Positions 49,153-60,720 are shown, numbered from the stretch's first letter. The stretch is 64,000 nucleotides of DNA from a virus (IMGVR_UViG_3300023174_006137:1-64000), one strand, 5' to 3'. Numbers and translations are program-made. The notes: a model not told the origin generated them from the letters alone.

Positions 49153-50193
49153 ATGAATCCATATGAAATTTTAGGTGTTGATAAGTCAGCATCACCCGAT
49201 GAAATAAAAAAAGCATATAGAAAATTATCAAAAGAACATCATCCAGATAGAGGTGGTAATGAAGAAACATTTAAAGATGTTGCTGCTGCTTATGATATTC
49301 TTTCCGATCCAGAAAAAAAGCAAAATTTTGATATGTTTGGTGATGCTAAAGGTAATCCAAACCCATTTAGTGGAGGTTTTGGCGGCTTTGGTGGAGGTTT
49401 TGGCGGCTTTGATGATTTTGTGTCACAGATGTTTGGTGGAAGAAGAGGACAACCTCAACAAAGAAAAGGTTCTAATATAGGTGTTAGAGTTCAAATGTCT
49501 ATTTTAGACACTTTGCAAGGAGCATCAAAAACAGTAAAATATGTTAAAGAGGAAAAATGCAATACTTGTGATGGCAAAGGTGGTAGTGATATTTCAAATT
49601 GTGGCACTTGTAATGGCACCGGTCAATATGCGCAAACTATGCAAACACCATTTGGTATTATGCAACAAGTTGTTTCATGTCCTAAATGTAATGGCGAAGG
49701 TAAAACTATTAAAACACCTTGTAATACCTGTAAAGGTTCTGGTGTTACTTCAAAAAATGAAAGTGTTAATGTAACAATACCTGCTGGAACTCATAATGGT
49801 CAAAATTTAACTATGCCGGGTGGTGGAAATTATATTCGTGATGGTATTGCTGGTGATTTAATTGTAATAATTGAGGAAATAGCTGATCCTAATTTTAAAC
49901 GAGAAGTTACACCAGATGGAATTACTAACAATATGAAACATGATATTTGGATTTCTATTTCAGATGCAGTTCTTGGTGCTAAAAAAATAATTAAAGCGCC
50001 ACTTGGTGATTTATCGTTTAATATAGAACCTGGTTGTCCAAGTGGAAAAATTTTCAAATTTAATGGTAAAGGTTATCCAACAAATAGTGGACACGGAACT
50101 GGACATTTATATGTAACGGTAAATGTTAAAATACCAACTAGTGTCACAGATGAAACAAAAACATTATTTGAGGAATTAAGAAAATATGATTAA
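49153..50193 (+). CDS. dnaJ: chaperone DnaJ
   Basis: J-domain HPD, G/F-rich linker, four CxxCxGxG repeats. Confidence 0.95.
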   Translation: MNPYEILGVDKSASPDEIKKAYRKLSKEHHPDRGGNEETFKDVAAAYDILSDPEKKQNFDMFGDAKGNPNPFSGGFGGFGGGFGGFDDFVSQMFGGRRGQPQQRKGSNIGVRVQMSILDTLQGASKTVKYVKEEKCNTCDGKGGSDISNCGTCNGTGQYAQTMQTPFGIMQQVVSCPKCNGEGKTIKTPCNTCKGSGVTSKNESVNVTIPAGTHNGQNLTMPGGGNYIRDGIAGDLIVIIEEIADPNFKREVTPDGITNNMKHDIWISISDAVLGAKKIIKAPLGDLSFNIEPGCPSGKIFKFNGKGYPTNSGHGTGHLYVTVNVKIPTSVTDETKTLFEELRKYD

Positions 50194-50223
50194 ACAAAAT
50201 TAATTTTTGACATACATATAAAG

Positions 50224-50520
50224 ATGAAACATGAACTAAAAATAGAATATAAAGATACAAAAACATTCTCCAATTTCATAAAATCATGTTATGATAATGG
50301 AGTTTTGGTAAATAAAGATGCAAAAATAATTTTTGATAAAAAAAGTAACTTTTATAATTTATGTAAAGGATTATCTAATCATACCATTCGTTTAACTAAT
50401 GAAGAATTAATTGATGGTAGTTTAAGATTTTCTATTCAAGAAGAAGGTGAAATAATAGCATTATATCCTTGTTCTATAATTTATGAAATGGACGATAATA
50501 AATACTCATTTGTAATTTAA
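50224..50520 (+). CDS. hypothetical protein
   Basis: 98 aa ORF. Confidence 0.65.
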   Translation: MKHELKIEYKDTKTFSNFIKSCYDNGVLVNKDAKIIFDKKSNFYNLCKGLSNHTIRLTNEELIDGSLRFSIQEEGEIIALYPCSIIYEMDDNKYSFVI

Positions 50521-50524
50521 TAAT

Positions 50525-51475
50525 ATGAAATTTGATTTTGAACAAATAAATTTAATTCCACAAAAATGTATAGTGGAATCTCGTTCCGAATGTGATACTT
50601 CTGTCAAATTCGGAAATTTTACTTTTAATATGCCCATAGTTCCAGCAAACATGGAATGTGTTATTGATGAAACATTAGCAACAATTTTATCTAATAAAGG
50701 ATATTTTTATATAATGCATCGATTTGCTGATACATTAAAGTTTGTTAGAAACTACAATAATGCTAATTTAATTAGCGATAAAAAAATGCCAATATCTATT
50801 TCAATTGGTGTTAATCAAGATTCTTATGATTTAATTAACACTATTATATATGAAAAATTGAATGTTGATTATATAACAATTGATATTGCACATGGACATG
50901 CCATTAAAATGGAAAAAATGATAAAATGGTTAAGAGAAAAATTACCAAATGTTTATATAATTGCTGGTAATGTTTCTACAAAAGAAGCTGTTTTAGATTT
51001 AAAAAATTGGGGTGCTGATTGCGTTAAAGTAGGTATAGGACCAGGTTCAGCTTGCACAACTTGGCCTTCAACTGGTTTTGGTTCTCGTAATTGTCAAGCA
51101 TCGACTATACTAGAATGCGCTTCTGATGGTGTTGATATAATTGCTGATGGTGGAATTAAAGTTCCAGCTGATATAGCAAAAGCATTAGTTTTAGGTGCTA
51201 AAATGGTTATGGTTGGTGGTATGTTATCGGGATTTAAAGATTCGCCAGGTAATTTAATTGATTTTAATGGAATTAAGAAAAAAGAATTTTGGGGTTCAGC
51301 ATCCGCCTTTCAATCAAATAAAAAAAATAGAATTGAAGGAACAAAAAATCTAATTGATTATAAAGATAAATCAATTTTAGATGAAATTAATTATTTACAA
51401 GAATGTTTACAATCGTCTATAAGTTATGGCGGAGGTAAAGATTTATCTTGTTTGAAAAACGTAAAATGGCAATAA
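50525..51475 (+). CDS. guaC: GMP reductase (type 2)
   Basis: [52 protein letters not shown]; no CBS domains. Confidence 0.9.
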   Translation: MKFDFEQINLIPQKCIVESRSECDTSVKFGNFTFNMPIVPANMECVIDETLATILSNKGYFYIMHRFADTLKFVRNYNNANLISDKKMPISISIGVNQDSYDLINTIIYEKLNVDYITIDIAHGHAIKMEKMIKWLREKLPNVYIIAGNVSTKEAVLDLKNWGADCVKVGIGPGSACTTWPSTGFGSRNCQASTILECASDGVDIIADGGIKVPADIAKALVLGAKMVMVGGMLSGFKDSPGNLIDFNGIKKKEFWGSASAFQSNKKNRIEGTKNLIDYKDKSILDEINYLQECLQSSISYGGGKDLSCLKNVKWQ

Positions 51476-51476
51476 A

Positions 51477-52805
51477 ATGGTAGAATTAATGGCAATTAGT
51501 CCAATTGACGGGCGTTATGATAAACATACAAACGTATTTACAGATTATTTTTCTGAATATGCACTTATTAAATATCGTGTTTTAATAGAAATTAAATATT
51601 TAATTTCACTTATTAATGAAGGTATAATTAAATCAAAAAAGGAAAATATAATTAAAGAATTAGAAGCAATATGTGATAATTTTTCAATTGCTGATGCTGA
51701 AGACATTAAAAATATAGAAAGGGAAACCAATCATGATGTTAAAGCTGTAGAATATTTTTTGAAAAATAAAATTACAGAAATTGATTCTTCTATTGTAGAA
51801 TATATACACATTGGTTTAACTTCACAAGATATAAATAATACTTCTATTCCATTATTATGGAAAGATGCGATTAAAAATGTATATAAACCATTATTATTTC
51901 AATTAATTACAGATTTAAGAATAATGGCAAATACATGGATAAATATACCTATGCTTGCTAAAACACATGGACAATCAGCATCACCAACGACAATAGGAAA
52001 GGAAATTTTAGTATTTGTTGAAAGATTAGAATCACAAATTGATATTTTTAATTATATACCATATTCTTGTAAGTTTGGTGGCGCAACTGGTAATTTTAAT
52101 TCATTATGTGTTGCTTATCCCGACGTAAATTGGATTTTATTTGCAAATCATTTTTGTTATACATTAGGTTTAAAAAGAATTAAATATACAACACAAATAG
52201 AACCATATGATAATTTAGCGGCTCAATTTGATTCTCTTAAAAGAATTAATACTATTTTAATTGATTTTTGTAGAGATATTTGGCAGTATATATCTATGGA
52301 TTATTTTAAACAAAAAATTAAACAAAGTGAAGTTGGTTCAAGTGCTATGCCGCATAAAGTCAATCCAATTGATTTTGAAAATGCTGAAGGTAATTTAGGT
52401 ATAGCTAATAGTTTATATGAGCATATGTCAGCAAAACTTCCTATTTCAAGATTACAAAGAGATCTGACTGATAGCACCGTTTTGAGAAATATAGGAGTTC
52501 CTATGAGCCATAGTTATCTATCTTTATTATCAATTAGAAAAGGTATTTCTAAATTAATTTTAAATGAAGATAAATTAAATGAAGATTTAGAAAATAATTG
52601 GGCGGTAGTTGCAGAAGGTATTCAAACTATATTACGAAGAGAAGGTTATCCAAAACCATATGAAGCTTTAAAAGAATTTACAAGAGGTAAATCTAATTTA
52701 TCCAAAAAAGATATAATAAAATTTATCGACTCATTGAGTATTTCTGATGAAATAAAAGAAGAATTAAAATTAATAACACCACAAAATTATATTGGTATTA
52801 TTTAA
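51477..52805 (+). CDS. purB: adenylosuccinate lyase
   Basis: AISPIDGRY, TNHDVKAVEY, THGQ.A.PTT.GKE, GSSAMPHKVNPIDFENAEGN. Confidence 0.95.
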   Translation: MVELMAISPIDGRYDKHTNVFTDYFSEYALIKYRVLIEIKYLISLINEGIIKSKKENIIKELEAICDNFSIADAEDIKNIERETNHDVKAVEYFLKNKITEIDSSIVEYIHIGLTSQDINNTSIPLLWKDAIKNVYKPLLFQLITDLRIMANTWINIPMLAKTHGQSASPTTIGKEILVFVERLESQIDIFNYIPYSCKFGGATGNFNSLCVAYPDVNWILFANHFCYTLGLKRIKYTTQIEPYDNLAAQFDSLKRINTILIDFCRDIWQYISMDYFKQKIKQSEVGSSAMPHKVNPIDFENAEGNLGIANSLYEHMSAKLPISRLQRDLTDSTVLRNIGVPMSHSYLSLLSIRKGISKLILNEDKLNEDLENNWAVVAEGIQTILRREGYPKPYEALKEFTRGKSNLSKKDIIKFIDSLSISDEIKEELKLITPQNYIGII

Positions 52806-53152
52806 CCTAAATATTTATCAATATTCCAAATAATAGTATTTATTTCTTCAATGTGTCTTTTTATTTTTGTATTACTTTTTGTATCTTTATAAAAGGAATT
52901 TAAAGATTCCTTAACATTAGTTAAGGATTTTTTATATGCTAATTTTTCCTTTTTATCTATTTCCTTTTCTTTATTTAGATCAATTGTTAATTTATTTAAT
53001 AATTTATTTGCATCATCATATTCTTTTTTATACCTATTGTAAAGCATGTCATCTACCTCATTTTGCATCTTTAATTTTAAAGATTGCAATTTAATTTTAT
53101 TGTTATTAATTTGTTGTGTTAATTTTATTATATTTGCTTCTCTTAGTTCCAT
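52802..53152 (-). CDS. hypothetical coiled-coil protein
   Basis: Start at ATG 53152 (MELREAN) after a GATATATA motif. Confidence 0.6.
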   Translation of the reverse strand: MELREANIIKLTQQINNNKIKLQSLKLKMQNEVDDMLYNRYKKEYDDANKLLNKLTIDLNKEKEIDKKEKLAYKKSLTNVKESLNSFYKDTKSNTKIKRHIEEINTIIWNIDKYLG

Positions 53153-53188
53153 AAAAATATATATCATTAAAATTAATTTTCCCAAATA

Positions 53189-53219
53189 AAAAAAGTGTTA
53201 TCTTAAATAACACTTTTTT
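53189..53219 (-). terminator. intrinsic terminator
   Basis: aaaaaagtgttat-cttaa-ataacactttttt. Confidence 0.7.
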
Positions 53220-53901
53220 GTTTATGTATCCATTTATCAACTTTTCGTAAGACTTTATAGATTTTATCTAAATCAAACTCATCATTAGTTCTAACACCAG
53301 TTTCCATATCTATCCATACTTTAGTATTTTCATCAGCATGATTAAATATTTTCTCACAAATCCAATCAGTATTTTCAACATTTAAGCCACCTGAATATCC
53401 GGTATAAATGGTATCAAATGGTTTCTTAATTTCATTGATTTGTGTGCCTCTACCACCAGACGCATCAAATAATATATTGGTATTAGATGTATTGAATTGA
53501 TTAATTATTTTGTTTATAGCTATATGATTCGAACCATTATATTGTAATATAAATTTTTTATCAATATATACCTGAGTTAAATTTTGATAATTAATTAAAT
53601 CATGTTTGCTATTTAAAAAATTAAAATTAAGTTGATAACGATTAAAGAAATCATATTTTAATTCTAACATACCATCAGTTAAAATATTTCTACTCCATTT
53701 ACCACATAAATGCAGTGCTAAATTTAAACCATTATTTTTTAATTGTAAGATGAAATCTTCAGAAGGATATCTATTTCTACCTTCATTAGAAGCTATAAGT
53801 ATGCCCCATTCTACAAATGAGAATTCTTTTTGTATTTGTTTAAGAGCTTTTATGTCAGTTTTGTTATCCGCACCTGTAAAAGTAACTTTATTAATAATCA
53901 T
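53203..53901 (-). CDS. TIM-barrel protein (phosphoribosylanthranilate isomerase-like phage family)
   Basis: VTFTGAD, VEWGIL, ALHLCG, LFDASGGRG, GYSGGL, WIDMETGVRT. Confidence 0.7.
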   Translation of the reverse strand: MIINKVTFTGADNKTDIKALKQIQKEFSFVEWGILIASNEGRNRYPSEDFILQLKNNGLNLALHLCGKWSRNILTDGMLELKYDFFNRYQLNFNFLNSKHDLINYQNLTQVYIDKKFILQYNGSNHIAINKIINQFNTSNTNILFDASGGRGTQINEIKKPFDTIYTGYSGGLNVENTDWICEKIFNHADENTKVWIDMETGVRTNDEFDLDKIYKVLRKVDKWIHKQKSVI

Positions 53902-53916
53902 AGTTTAATTTTTAAA

Positions 53917-53947
53917 CAAAATTAAGAAAAAGTTTTGATTTCTCAAA
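53917..53947 (-). promoter_or_regulatory. Bacteroidota sigma70-type promoter
   Basis: Minus strand TTTG (53944-53947), 19-nt spacer, TAATTTTG (53917-53924). Confidence 0.7.
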
Positions 53948-53952
53948 ACTTT

Positions 53953-54150
53953 TTAATTATGTACTAATGGCGTTAACTGAGTCATTAATTGCTCTTTTAA
54001 TTGGAAATAATTAACATTTTTAATACTTAAGCAATAATCTTTATAACAAGATTCTATTGTATTATATGTTGAATCGTATCCGTTTCTTATAATCTTGTTA
54101 ACAACACTTATTTTTGAAGCAATGTCATCACGATCATGATTTTTAAGCAT
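53953..54150 (-). CDS. hypothetical protein
   Basis: 65 aa ORF filling the gap. Confidence 0.5.
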   Translation of the reverse strand: MLKNHDRDDIASKISVVNKIIRNGYDSTYNTIESCYKDYCLSIKNVNYFQLKEQLMTQLTPLVHN

Positions 54151-54224
54151 TTGTAAATATGGTTAATTTTTAATTATATATTTATTTCTAAAAACAAAAA
54201 AGTTATTTATGAATATATAATTTT

Positions 54225-54611
54225 ATGGGAAGAAGAAATAGAGAACACACCTTAATTATATCTTTCGTGGAAAACAATCAATTACAACAAGAAACTATTA
54301 CTTGTGATAATTTATATGAAGCATTGAATCATGCCAGAACTCATCATCATGATATAAAATCAGTTCAAGTTTTTGATTGTTTAGGAATTGAAATTCATTC
54401 TAATAATAAACATATTTTGGATTTTACACCAGAAGAAATAACAGAAATAGTAAACACAATTGAAATAATTGAAAATGAAAAGGTTATTGAAGAACAGCCA
54501 GAAGTTATCGAAGAACAACCAGAAGTTATTAAGGAAGAAATTGTAGTTCCTAAAAAAACAGCTACTAAGAAATCGGTAACTAAAAAGACAACAACTAAAA
54601 AAAGTCAGTAA
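54225..54611 (+). CDS. hypothetical protein with acidic repeat and K/T-rich tail
   Basis: VIEEQPE x2; KKTATKKSVTKKTTTKK tail. Confidence 0.65.
   Translation: MGRRNREHTLIISFVENNQLQQETITCDNLYEALNHARTHHHDIKSVQVFDCLGIEIHSNNKHILDFTPEEITEIVNTIEIIENEKVIEEQPEVIEEQPEVIKEEIVVPKKTATKKSVTKKTTTKKSQ
54483..54530 (+). repeat. 21-bp coding tandem repeat (about 2.3 copies)
   Basis: gttattgaagaacagccagaa / gttatcgaagaacaaccagaa / gttatt. Confidence 0.7.
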
Positions 54612-54613
54612 TT

Positions 54614-55741
54614 TTACTGACTTTTAAATTTCCAAATAAAATTATTTGAGTATTTGTATTTTCCTATACAACAATAATAAATTCCATTAGAATTAGAATT
54701 GGTTAATTTTGCAGCTTGTTGCATGCTTTTATATTCAGCTATAAAATTATCATTTAAATCAAATTGAATTACTGGATTAATTTTTTGTTTAGATGTATAT
54801 TTATCTATATTTTCCAATTTATTATATTTCCAAATAAAATTTCCACTAGATTTGCTTGACATTTGTATTTTAATTCCAGTTATATTTCTTGCATCAGTTA
54901 ATGATTTATATTCTGTTATAAAATTTCCATCTAAAGTATATTGATAAACTCTCTTCATTTTTTCACTTTCTAAATTATTGACAAAATCGTTTATATCAAT
55001 TTCATCTTTTTCATATTTCCAAATATAACCATATGCAGTTTTAGCTTTACCTAAACAACATCTAGATATTGAACCACAATTTTTATTTATACTTTTTGCG
55101 GCTGATTTTATACCACTATGTTTTGAAATTAAATTACCTTCCAAGTCATATTGCAAAACAATATTTCGCTCCAATATTCTTCCTTTGACTGGTGTCTTAT
55201 TTTTGCATTGTTTTTGCCAAATAAATTTATCTTTCTTTATGTTATATTCTTTTAGATTGGTGAGAATTGTAGATGCAGATGTGTTAAAAAAAATTTTGCA
55301 ATCATTTATAGATAGGTTTTCAACAATATATTTTTGATATAAATCTTCTTTCGCAATTAGATAAATTTTATCACGGCATTTATTGTAATTTGGAAATTCT
55401 TTATGTCTTAACTTCATTTTTTCTTTTGTGTTAAAAGAATGTTTTTCCAAACCATTTCCACCTTCGTCTATATTAGTTAATTTTTCACCTTCTTTTTTTA
55501 ACTTATTTATCCAGTATTTTTCATAAAATTGCCACTCTAAAATATTAACTTCTTCCAAAATTTCAACTATTGGTTTTTTATTTTCTTTCAATAATGATTG
55601 TATCCATTTATTTTTGTGTGTATGTGTTATATAACATGAATGGATATGGTCATATAATCTTTTTACTGGATTATTACTTTTACCAACATATCGTATTTTA
55701 TTTGTATTTGGATCTTTTAATGCATAAATAAATGTTTTCAT
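54614..55741 (-). CDS. GIY-YIG homing endonuclease with NUMOD1 repeats
   Basis: FIYALKDP..IRYVGKS..R, EKYWI, LTN..EGG; three QY/F.L.GN.I..Y.S...A repeats. Confidence 0.85.
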   Translation of the reverse strand: MKTFIYALKDPNTNKIRYVGKSNNPVKRLYDHIHSCYITHTHKNKWIQSLLKENKKPIVEILEEVNILEWQFYEKYWINKLKKEGEKLTNIDEGGNGLEKHSFNTKEKMKLRHKEFPNYNKCRDKIYLIAKEDLYQKYIVENLSINDCKIFFNTSASTILTNLKEYNIKKDKFIWQKQCKNKTPVKGRILERNIVLQYDLEGNLISKHSGIKSAAKSINKNCGSISRCCLGKAKTAYGYIWKYEKDEIDINDFVNNLESEKMKRVYQYTLDGNFITEYKSLTDARNITGIKIQMSSKSSGNFIWKYNKLENIDKYTSKQKINPVIQFDLNDNFIAEYKSMQQAAKLTNSNSNGIYYCCIGKYKYSNNFIWKFKSQ

Positions 55742-55828
55742 ATAAATATAAATTTTAATTTAATTATATATAAAAATATTCTGCTTTCCTTTATATTTTA
55801 ACCTTAAATGATTGTGTATAAAGCAAAA

Positions 55829-56593
55829 TCATTTCTTGACCATCACCAGGAATCCACCATTATTATTCATTTTGAAGATTTCATCTTCGACTTCTTTCAT
55901 TTCTTCTTTACCTTGTGTGACTAATTCGGAAGAATTTATTTTTACAGAACCAGGTAAATTAAAATCATATCTTCCCATCAAATTACCTTGTTGTTGTTTT
56001 GCCCAAGCTGTTACATATTTAATAAAATATGGATCAGCAAAAAGATTTTCTTGCGGTATATTAACATAACATTCTAAAATCATTGAAGTATTAACATGTG
56101 TTAAAATATTCAATCTTCCGGTTTGCATATTATAATTATATTTAGCAGTAAATAGAGTCATTTGATCCAACATATCTGACATTGAATCTATAATTGCTTT
56201 ATAAGTTCCGAGTTCACCAATTGTTGTTACATATGAAGAAAGATATGGCTGATTTGTAACACCCAAATTAACAGATAAATTTGGAGAATTTAAACCTAAT
56301 TGTAAAAGATAAGTATTTCTAACCAAATGAATCCAACTAATTGATTGTATTTCACAAGGAAGTTGAATATAACTATAACGAGTAAATTCTTCAGATTGAA
56401 AAGCAGTTTTATCAACATAATAATACATTAAAGAAACCGCATATATATAATTCATCTGAAACCATGGAAGTGCTCTAGTTTCTACAAATTGTCTTATAGA
56501 TTGATCTGGCAATGTTTTTGGTAAAGCACCGTATATAGTTATATCTTGTTGTATAAAATCAATTAATTCCTCTATAGAATATTGAGCTGCCAT
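55829..56593 (-). CDS. neck / head-tail connector protein (T4 gp13-like)
   Basis: YVTAWAKQQQGNLMGRY.FNLPG.VKIN...LVTQGKEE; TAATATATA at 56609-56617. Confidence 0.7.
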   Translation of the reverse strand: MAAQYSIEELIDFIQQDITIYGALPKTLPDQSIRQFVETRALPWFQMNYIYAVSLMYYYVDKTAFQSEEFTRYSYIQLPCEIQSISWIHLVRNTYLLQLGLNSPNLSVNLGVTNQPYLSSYVTTIGELGTYKAIIDSMSDMLDQMTLFTAKYNYNMQTGRLNILTHVNTSMILECYVNIPQENLFADPYFIKYVTAWAKQQQGNLMGRYDFNLPGSVKINSSELVTQGKEEMKEVEDEIFKMNNNGGFLVMVKK

Positions 56594-56659
56594 AAATTAT
56601 TTTTCTTTTATATATTAAACTTTTGAGATTATAAGTATATAAAAACAAAAGAAAATTAA

Positions 56660-57352
56660 ATGATTCATATTTTATGGGCAACTATTCGTCCTCAAATGTT
56701 CAATATAGTATATAAAATGTGGCTTCAAACGTGTTCTAATAAGGAAAATATTAGAACTCATGTTGCTGTTAATTCTGAATTAGATGCTAATATAGTAAAA
56801 CAAGTTTTAGGTAAAAATGATGAAGTTATAATTGTAAATTCTGATAGAAGAGGTGTTTGCTATCCTTCTTATATGCTTTCTTCAAAATTAGAAGCAAATA
56901 AAGATGATATTGTAATTTTTGCATCAGATGATTTTACTGCTCCTAATAATTGGGATATTTATTTAGAAACTAAATTACAAGGTAAAGAAGGTGCTTTATT
57001 TGTTAGAGATGGCTATCAATTAACAGATTCTTCAAATATGTTACATCCTTGTATTACAATACCTATTATGACATTTGGTTGTTTAGAAAAGATGAATAAA
57101 GTAATTTATCATCCTGCTTATTATCATATGTTTTCTGATTGTGAGTTATATTTGAATTTAAAAGAATTAGGATTAATAATAGATAATAGAAAAGAAGATT
57201 CTACAACTTTTGAACATCATCATTGGGCTGGAGGCAAAAGAACTGCTGATCAAAATGATCAAATATACCATAGTAAATGGGCAGAAGATGATAAAACTTG
57301 GAAATCAAGGTTAGCTATGACGCTTGAAGAAAGATTAAAAATAAATTTATAA
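56660..57352 (+). CDS. GT-A fold glycosyltransferase
   Basis: ATIRP, FASDDF, HMFSDCEL, FEHHH. Confidence 0.7.
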   Translation: MIHILWATIRPQMFNIVYKMWLQTCSNKENIRTHVAVNSELDANIVKQVLGKNDEVIIVNSDRRGVCYPSYMLSSKLEANKDDIVIFASDDFTAPNNWDIYLETKLQGKEGALFVRDGYQLTDSSNMLHPCITIPIMTFGCLEKMNKVIYHPAYYHMFSDCELYLNLKELGLIIDNRKEDSTTFEHHHWAGGKRTADQNDQIYHSKWAEDDKTWKSRLAMTLEERLKINL

Positions 57353-57353
57353 T

Positions 57354-58139
57354 ATGTTAAGTATTGGTATAACAACATTTAAAAAACGGTTAGAGAGTGT
57401 TAAAGAAATGATTGATTTCTTGAAGAAATGTGATCCAAACATAATAATTAATTTATCTATAAATGGTGAAATTGACGAAGAATTTGATGAAAATTATAGA
57501 AAAGAAATATTACAAGTATGTTTAAATCATAATAATGTTTTTCCATTCTTTTTTCAAGAATTTAGAGCTTTAGCAAAAAGTTGGAATCATTTAATTATCG
57601 CATCAAAAACTGAATATAATTTAATATTAAATGATGATTTAGTGTTTGATAAATCACAAAATATAGTTGATATAATTAAAAATATAATAGCACAAAATAC
57701 TGGTGTAAATTTATTCACCATAAATGGCTCATTTAGCCATTTTGTGATAACAAAGAAATTATTAGATGATATGAATTATTTCGATGAAAGATTTCTATTA
57801 CATGGAGAAGAAGATGGCGATTTTGTTTGGAGATATATAGATAAATTTGGAGCATATCCGCCTTCTGTCAATTTACCAATTTTGGCTAACTTACATCAAA
57901 CAGGCAAAAATGATCCTACATTAATAGCATCTAATACAGAAATAGGTTATGCTAATAAGCCTAAATTTAATCAAGAATTTACTATAACTAAATATGAGCA
58001 TGACCCCAATGCTAAAATTTCTGGTTTATATGGAAGACCACATAAGAGAATATTGGATGACGAAAAGCAATATCCTTATGAAAAATTTTATTTTAATAAT
58101 AAGAATAATTTTAAAAAATTTGAAAAAATAAATATATAA
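57354..58139 (+). CDS. GT2-family glycosyltransferase
   Basis: IGITTF, AKSWN, ILNDD, FDERF..GEEDGD. Confidence 0.75.
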   Translation: MLSIGITTFKKRLESVKEMIDFLKKCDPNIIINLSINGEIDEEFDENYRKEILQVCLNHNNVFPFFFQEFRALAKSWNHLIIASKTEYNLILNDDLVFDKSQNIVDIIKNIIAQNTGVNLFTINGSFSHFVITKKLLDDMNYFDERFLLHGEEDGDFVWRYIDKFGAYPPSVNLPILANLHQTGKNDPTLIASNTEIGYANKPKFNQEFTITKYEHDPNAKISGLYGRPHKRILDDEKQYPYEKFYFNNKNNFKKFEKINI

Positions 58140-58140
58140 T

Positions 58141-58986
58141 ATGGATTTTAAACATAGTTTAATTAATACTAAACCTAAAATAAAAATTGATTTTGTCGAT
58201 TTTTGGGGTGGGTTTGATAAAACAAATAATTATTTTTATAATTTTTTAAAAAAAGAATTTGATGTCGAGATTTCTAATAATCCAGATTTTTTATTCTTTT
58301 CTATATTTGGTAATGCTAATTTAAATTATAGATGTAAAAAGATACAATATATTGGGGAAAATGTTGCGCCATTTAATTGTGATTATTCATTTTCATTTGA
58401 ACCAACAACATCTACCAATTATAGATTACCACATTATATGTTATATGATGGATATTATGAACTTGCAAATAAAAAAATTGAAGAAACACTTGCTAGTAGG
58501 AAGTTTTGTAGCTTTGTGGTTAGTAATGGTGCTTGTGATACAAGGAACAACTTTTTTCAAAAACTTTCTAAATATAAAAAAGTAGATTCTGGTGGTAGAT
58601 TTATGAACAATATTGGTTATGCTGTAACTGATAAAAGGAAATTTCAATCTGAATATAAATTTGCGATAACTTTTGAAAATAATGCTTATAGACCTGAATA
58701 TCCTTATTATGTAACTGAGAAAATTTTTGAAGCAATGTGTGTTAATACGCTACCTATCTACAGAGGTGGTAGTAAAATTAATGAAGAATTTAACACTAAT
58801 TCATTTATTAATTATCACGATTTTAAAAATGAAGATGATATGATTCAATATATAATCGAGTTAGACAAAGATGATTCTAAATATTTAGAAAAATTAAACA
58901 ACTTTTGGTTTTCTAACAATATAATACCAGATAATAATAAAGAAGAAAATATTAAAAAATTTTTATTTAATATTTTTAATAAGTAA
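58141..58986 (+). CDS. GT10 alpha-1,3-fucosyltransferase-like protein
   Basis: IDFVDFW, KFCSFVVSN, YKKVDSGG, YKFAITFEN, YVTEKI, PIY.G. Confidence 0.85.
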   Translation: MDFKHSLINTKPKIKIDFVDFWGGFDKTNNYFYNFLKKEFDVEISNNPDFLFFSIFGNANLNYRCKKIQYIGENVAPFNCDYSFSFEPTTSTNYRLPHYMLYDGYYELANKKIEETLASRKFCSFVVSNGACDTRNNFFQKLSKYKKVDSGGRFMNNIGYAVTDKRKFQSEYKFAITFENNAYRPEYPYYVTEKIFEAMCVNTLPIYRGGSKINEEFNTNSFINYHDFKNEDDMIQYIIELDKDDSKYLEKLNNFWFSNNIIPDNNKEENIKKFLFNIFNK

Positions 58987-58996
58987 AGAAAAGCAA

Positions 58997-59737
58997 ATGA
59001 AATTATGTTTTATTATAGCCTCTAAATATATAAGAGGTTATGAATCATATATTAATTATTACATTAGTAATATTAATAATTTTTATGGAGAGGACGCACA
59101 CGTCATAGTTGTTGATAATAATTCAGTCTTTAAAGAAGATGTGTTTTTGGATTTGAAAAAGTACAAAAATGTTACTATATTAGATAATAATATAGAATCT
59201 AAATTTGAAATAGGTGCTTATACCGTAGCTATAAACTATTTAATAGAAAATAATTTAAATAACAATTATGAATATTATATCTTTACTCAGGATAATTTTG
59301 TTATTAAGAATAAATATGATTTTAACATTTTGAGTAATCAAAATGTTAATGCGTGTACTATTTATTCTTACGAACAAGATGGGCTAACTTCTATAATTCA
59401 AGAAGTATTAACTAAATTAGATTTATTTAACAATTTAGATAAAATAACTTTTTGTTGGGCACTTGGATTTATTCTAAATAAATCGAAAATTTTACAACTA
59501 AGTAACTATTTTAATAAAATAGTAGTAGTAAATAGAGCAGAAAGCGAAGCTGGTGAAAGATATTTAGCAAGAATATTATATGAATTAAACGAACATAGAA
59601 ATTATGATATTGATGGTAGACAAGATTGCAGAAGATACGATTGTTGGTCAATAGATTTAAAAACAGCAATAACTGATCATTATTTTTGTAAAAGAGTTCA
59701 GCAAAAAACAGAAAAAACAAAAGATTTATGGATGTAA
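58997..59737 (+). CDS. putative GT-A glycosyltransferase
   Basis: VIVVDNNS, FEIGAY, FTQDN, ER.LA. Confidence 0.6.
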   Translation: MKLCFIIASKYIRGYESYINYYISNINNFYGEDAHVIVVDNNSVFKEDVFLDLKKYKNVTILDNNIESKFEIGAYTVAINYLIENNLNNNYEYYIFTQDNFVIKNKYDFNILSNQNVNACTIYSYEQDGLTSIIQEVLTKLDLFNNLDKITFCWALGFILNKSKILQLSNYFNKIVVVNRAESEAGERYLARILYELNEHRNYDIDGRQDCRRYDCWSIDLKTAITDHYFCKRVQQKTEKTKDLWM

Positions 59738-60627
59738 AAATTGAAAATATAAATAATTCAAATCTCATCTATATAGATGATTATGGAGCTTATCTAAATG
59801 AATATTATCATTATATAATAAAATGTTTTAAAAATTCAATTAGTAATAAAGATTTAGCAAAAAATATACTTTTTGGTAATTTTACTAAATCTAATTCGCT
59901 TGATATTAAAGTAGATGTAAATGTTGAACACACTCTAGTTAAACAAGGTGGTAGAAATAGTGAGGGTAGTCCATTAGGTAAAATAAAATATGGAGATATG
60001 TTTTATTTATGTCGTATTGTAAATTTACCATATCTTTATTCACTTGATATTATAATAGAATATTCTATGCCAAATATTAAAAATATAAAAGAATCTGGAT
60101 ATTTTGATTTTATTCTAAATAAAATTATTTATATATCTCCAATTATATTTGATATTAAAGATTTTTCTTCTAATAATAGAAAGGAAACAGTTACTATGTT
60201 TATTGATGCAAATCAAGATAGGAGAAAAATATTTTTAAACAATATTAAAGATAAAAATATAGAGTTAACAAACTATCAAAATATTTATACTAAAGAAGAT
60301 TTAAAAGCTTTTTATTCGGGTATAAAAATAATGGTAAATATACATCAAACTGATCATCATGACACATTCGAGGAACTAAGAGTATTGGGAGCATTAATTA
60401 ATGGTGTTATTATAATTTCAGAAGACGTACCTTTAAAAGAAGAAATACCATATTCGGAATATATAATTTGGTGTAATTATGACAATGTGTATGATAAAAT
60501 AAAAGAAGTACAAGAAAATTATGAATTATACTGGAATAAAATTTTTTTAGACGAAAAATTAAAAAAAATTTTGTTAAAAATGGAAGAAAATAATTATAAT
60601 AATATTAAAAAATACTTCAATATATGA
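59728..60627 (+). CDS. putative GT-B glycosyltransferase
   Basis: KIMVNIHQ..FEELRV..AL.NGVIIISE C-terminal GT-B signature. Confidence 0.6.
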   Translation: MDVKIENINNSNLIYIDDYGAYLNEYYHYIIKCFKNSISNKDLAKNILFGNFTKSNSLDIKVDVNVEHTLVKQGGRNSEGSPLGKIKYGDMFYLCRIVNLPYLYSLDIIIEYSMPNIKNIKESGYFDFILNKIIYISPIIFDIKDFSSNNRKETVTMFIDANQDRRKIFLNNIKDKNIELTNYQNIYTKEDLKAFYSGIKIMVNIHQTDHHDTFEELRVLGALINGVIIISEDVPLKEEIPYSEYIIWCNYDNVYDKIKEVQENYELYWNKIFLDEKLKKILLKMEENNYNNIKKYFNI

Positions 60628-60720
60628 TAAATATTTTTGATACAACACATTTTCAAAATTATTAATCACAGAGAATATGTATATGGAGTTTATAATCATA
60701 ATTAAAAAAATAATTATTTA

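Noticed and set aside
49373-49410. 21-nt tandem repeat ggaggttttggcggcttt(ggt) in dnaJ
   Set aside because: Encodes the normal G/F-rich linker
53203-53901. trpF in tryptophan biosynthesis
   Set aside because: Only distant TIM-barrel similarity and no other trp genes; left without a gene symbol
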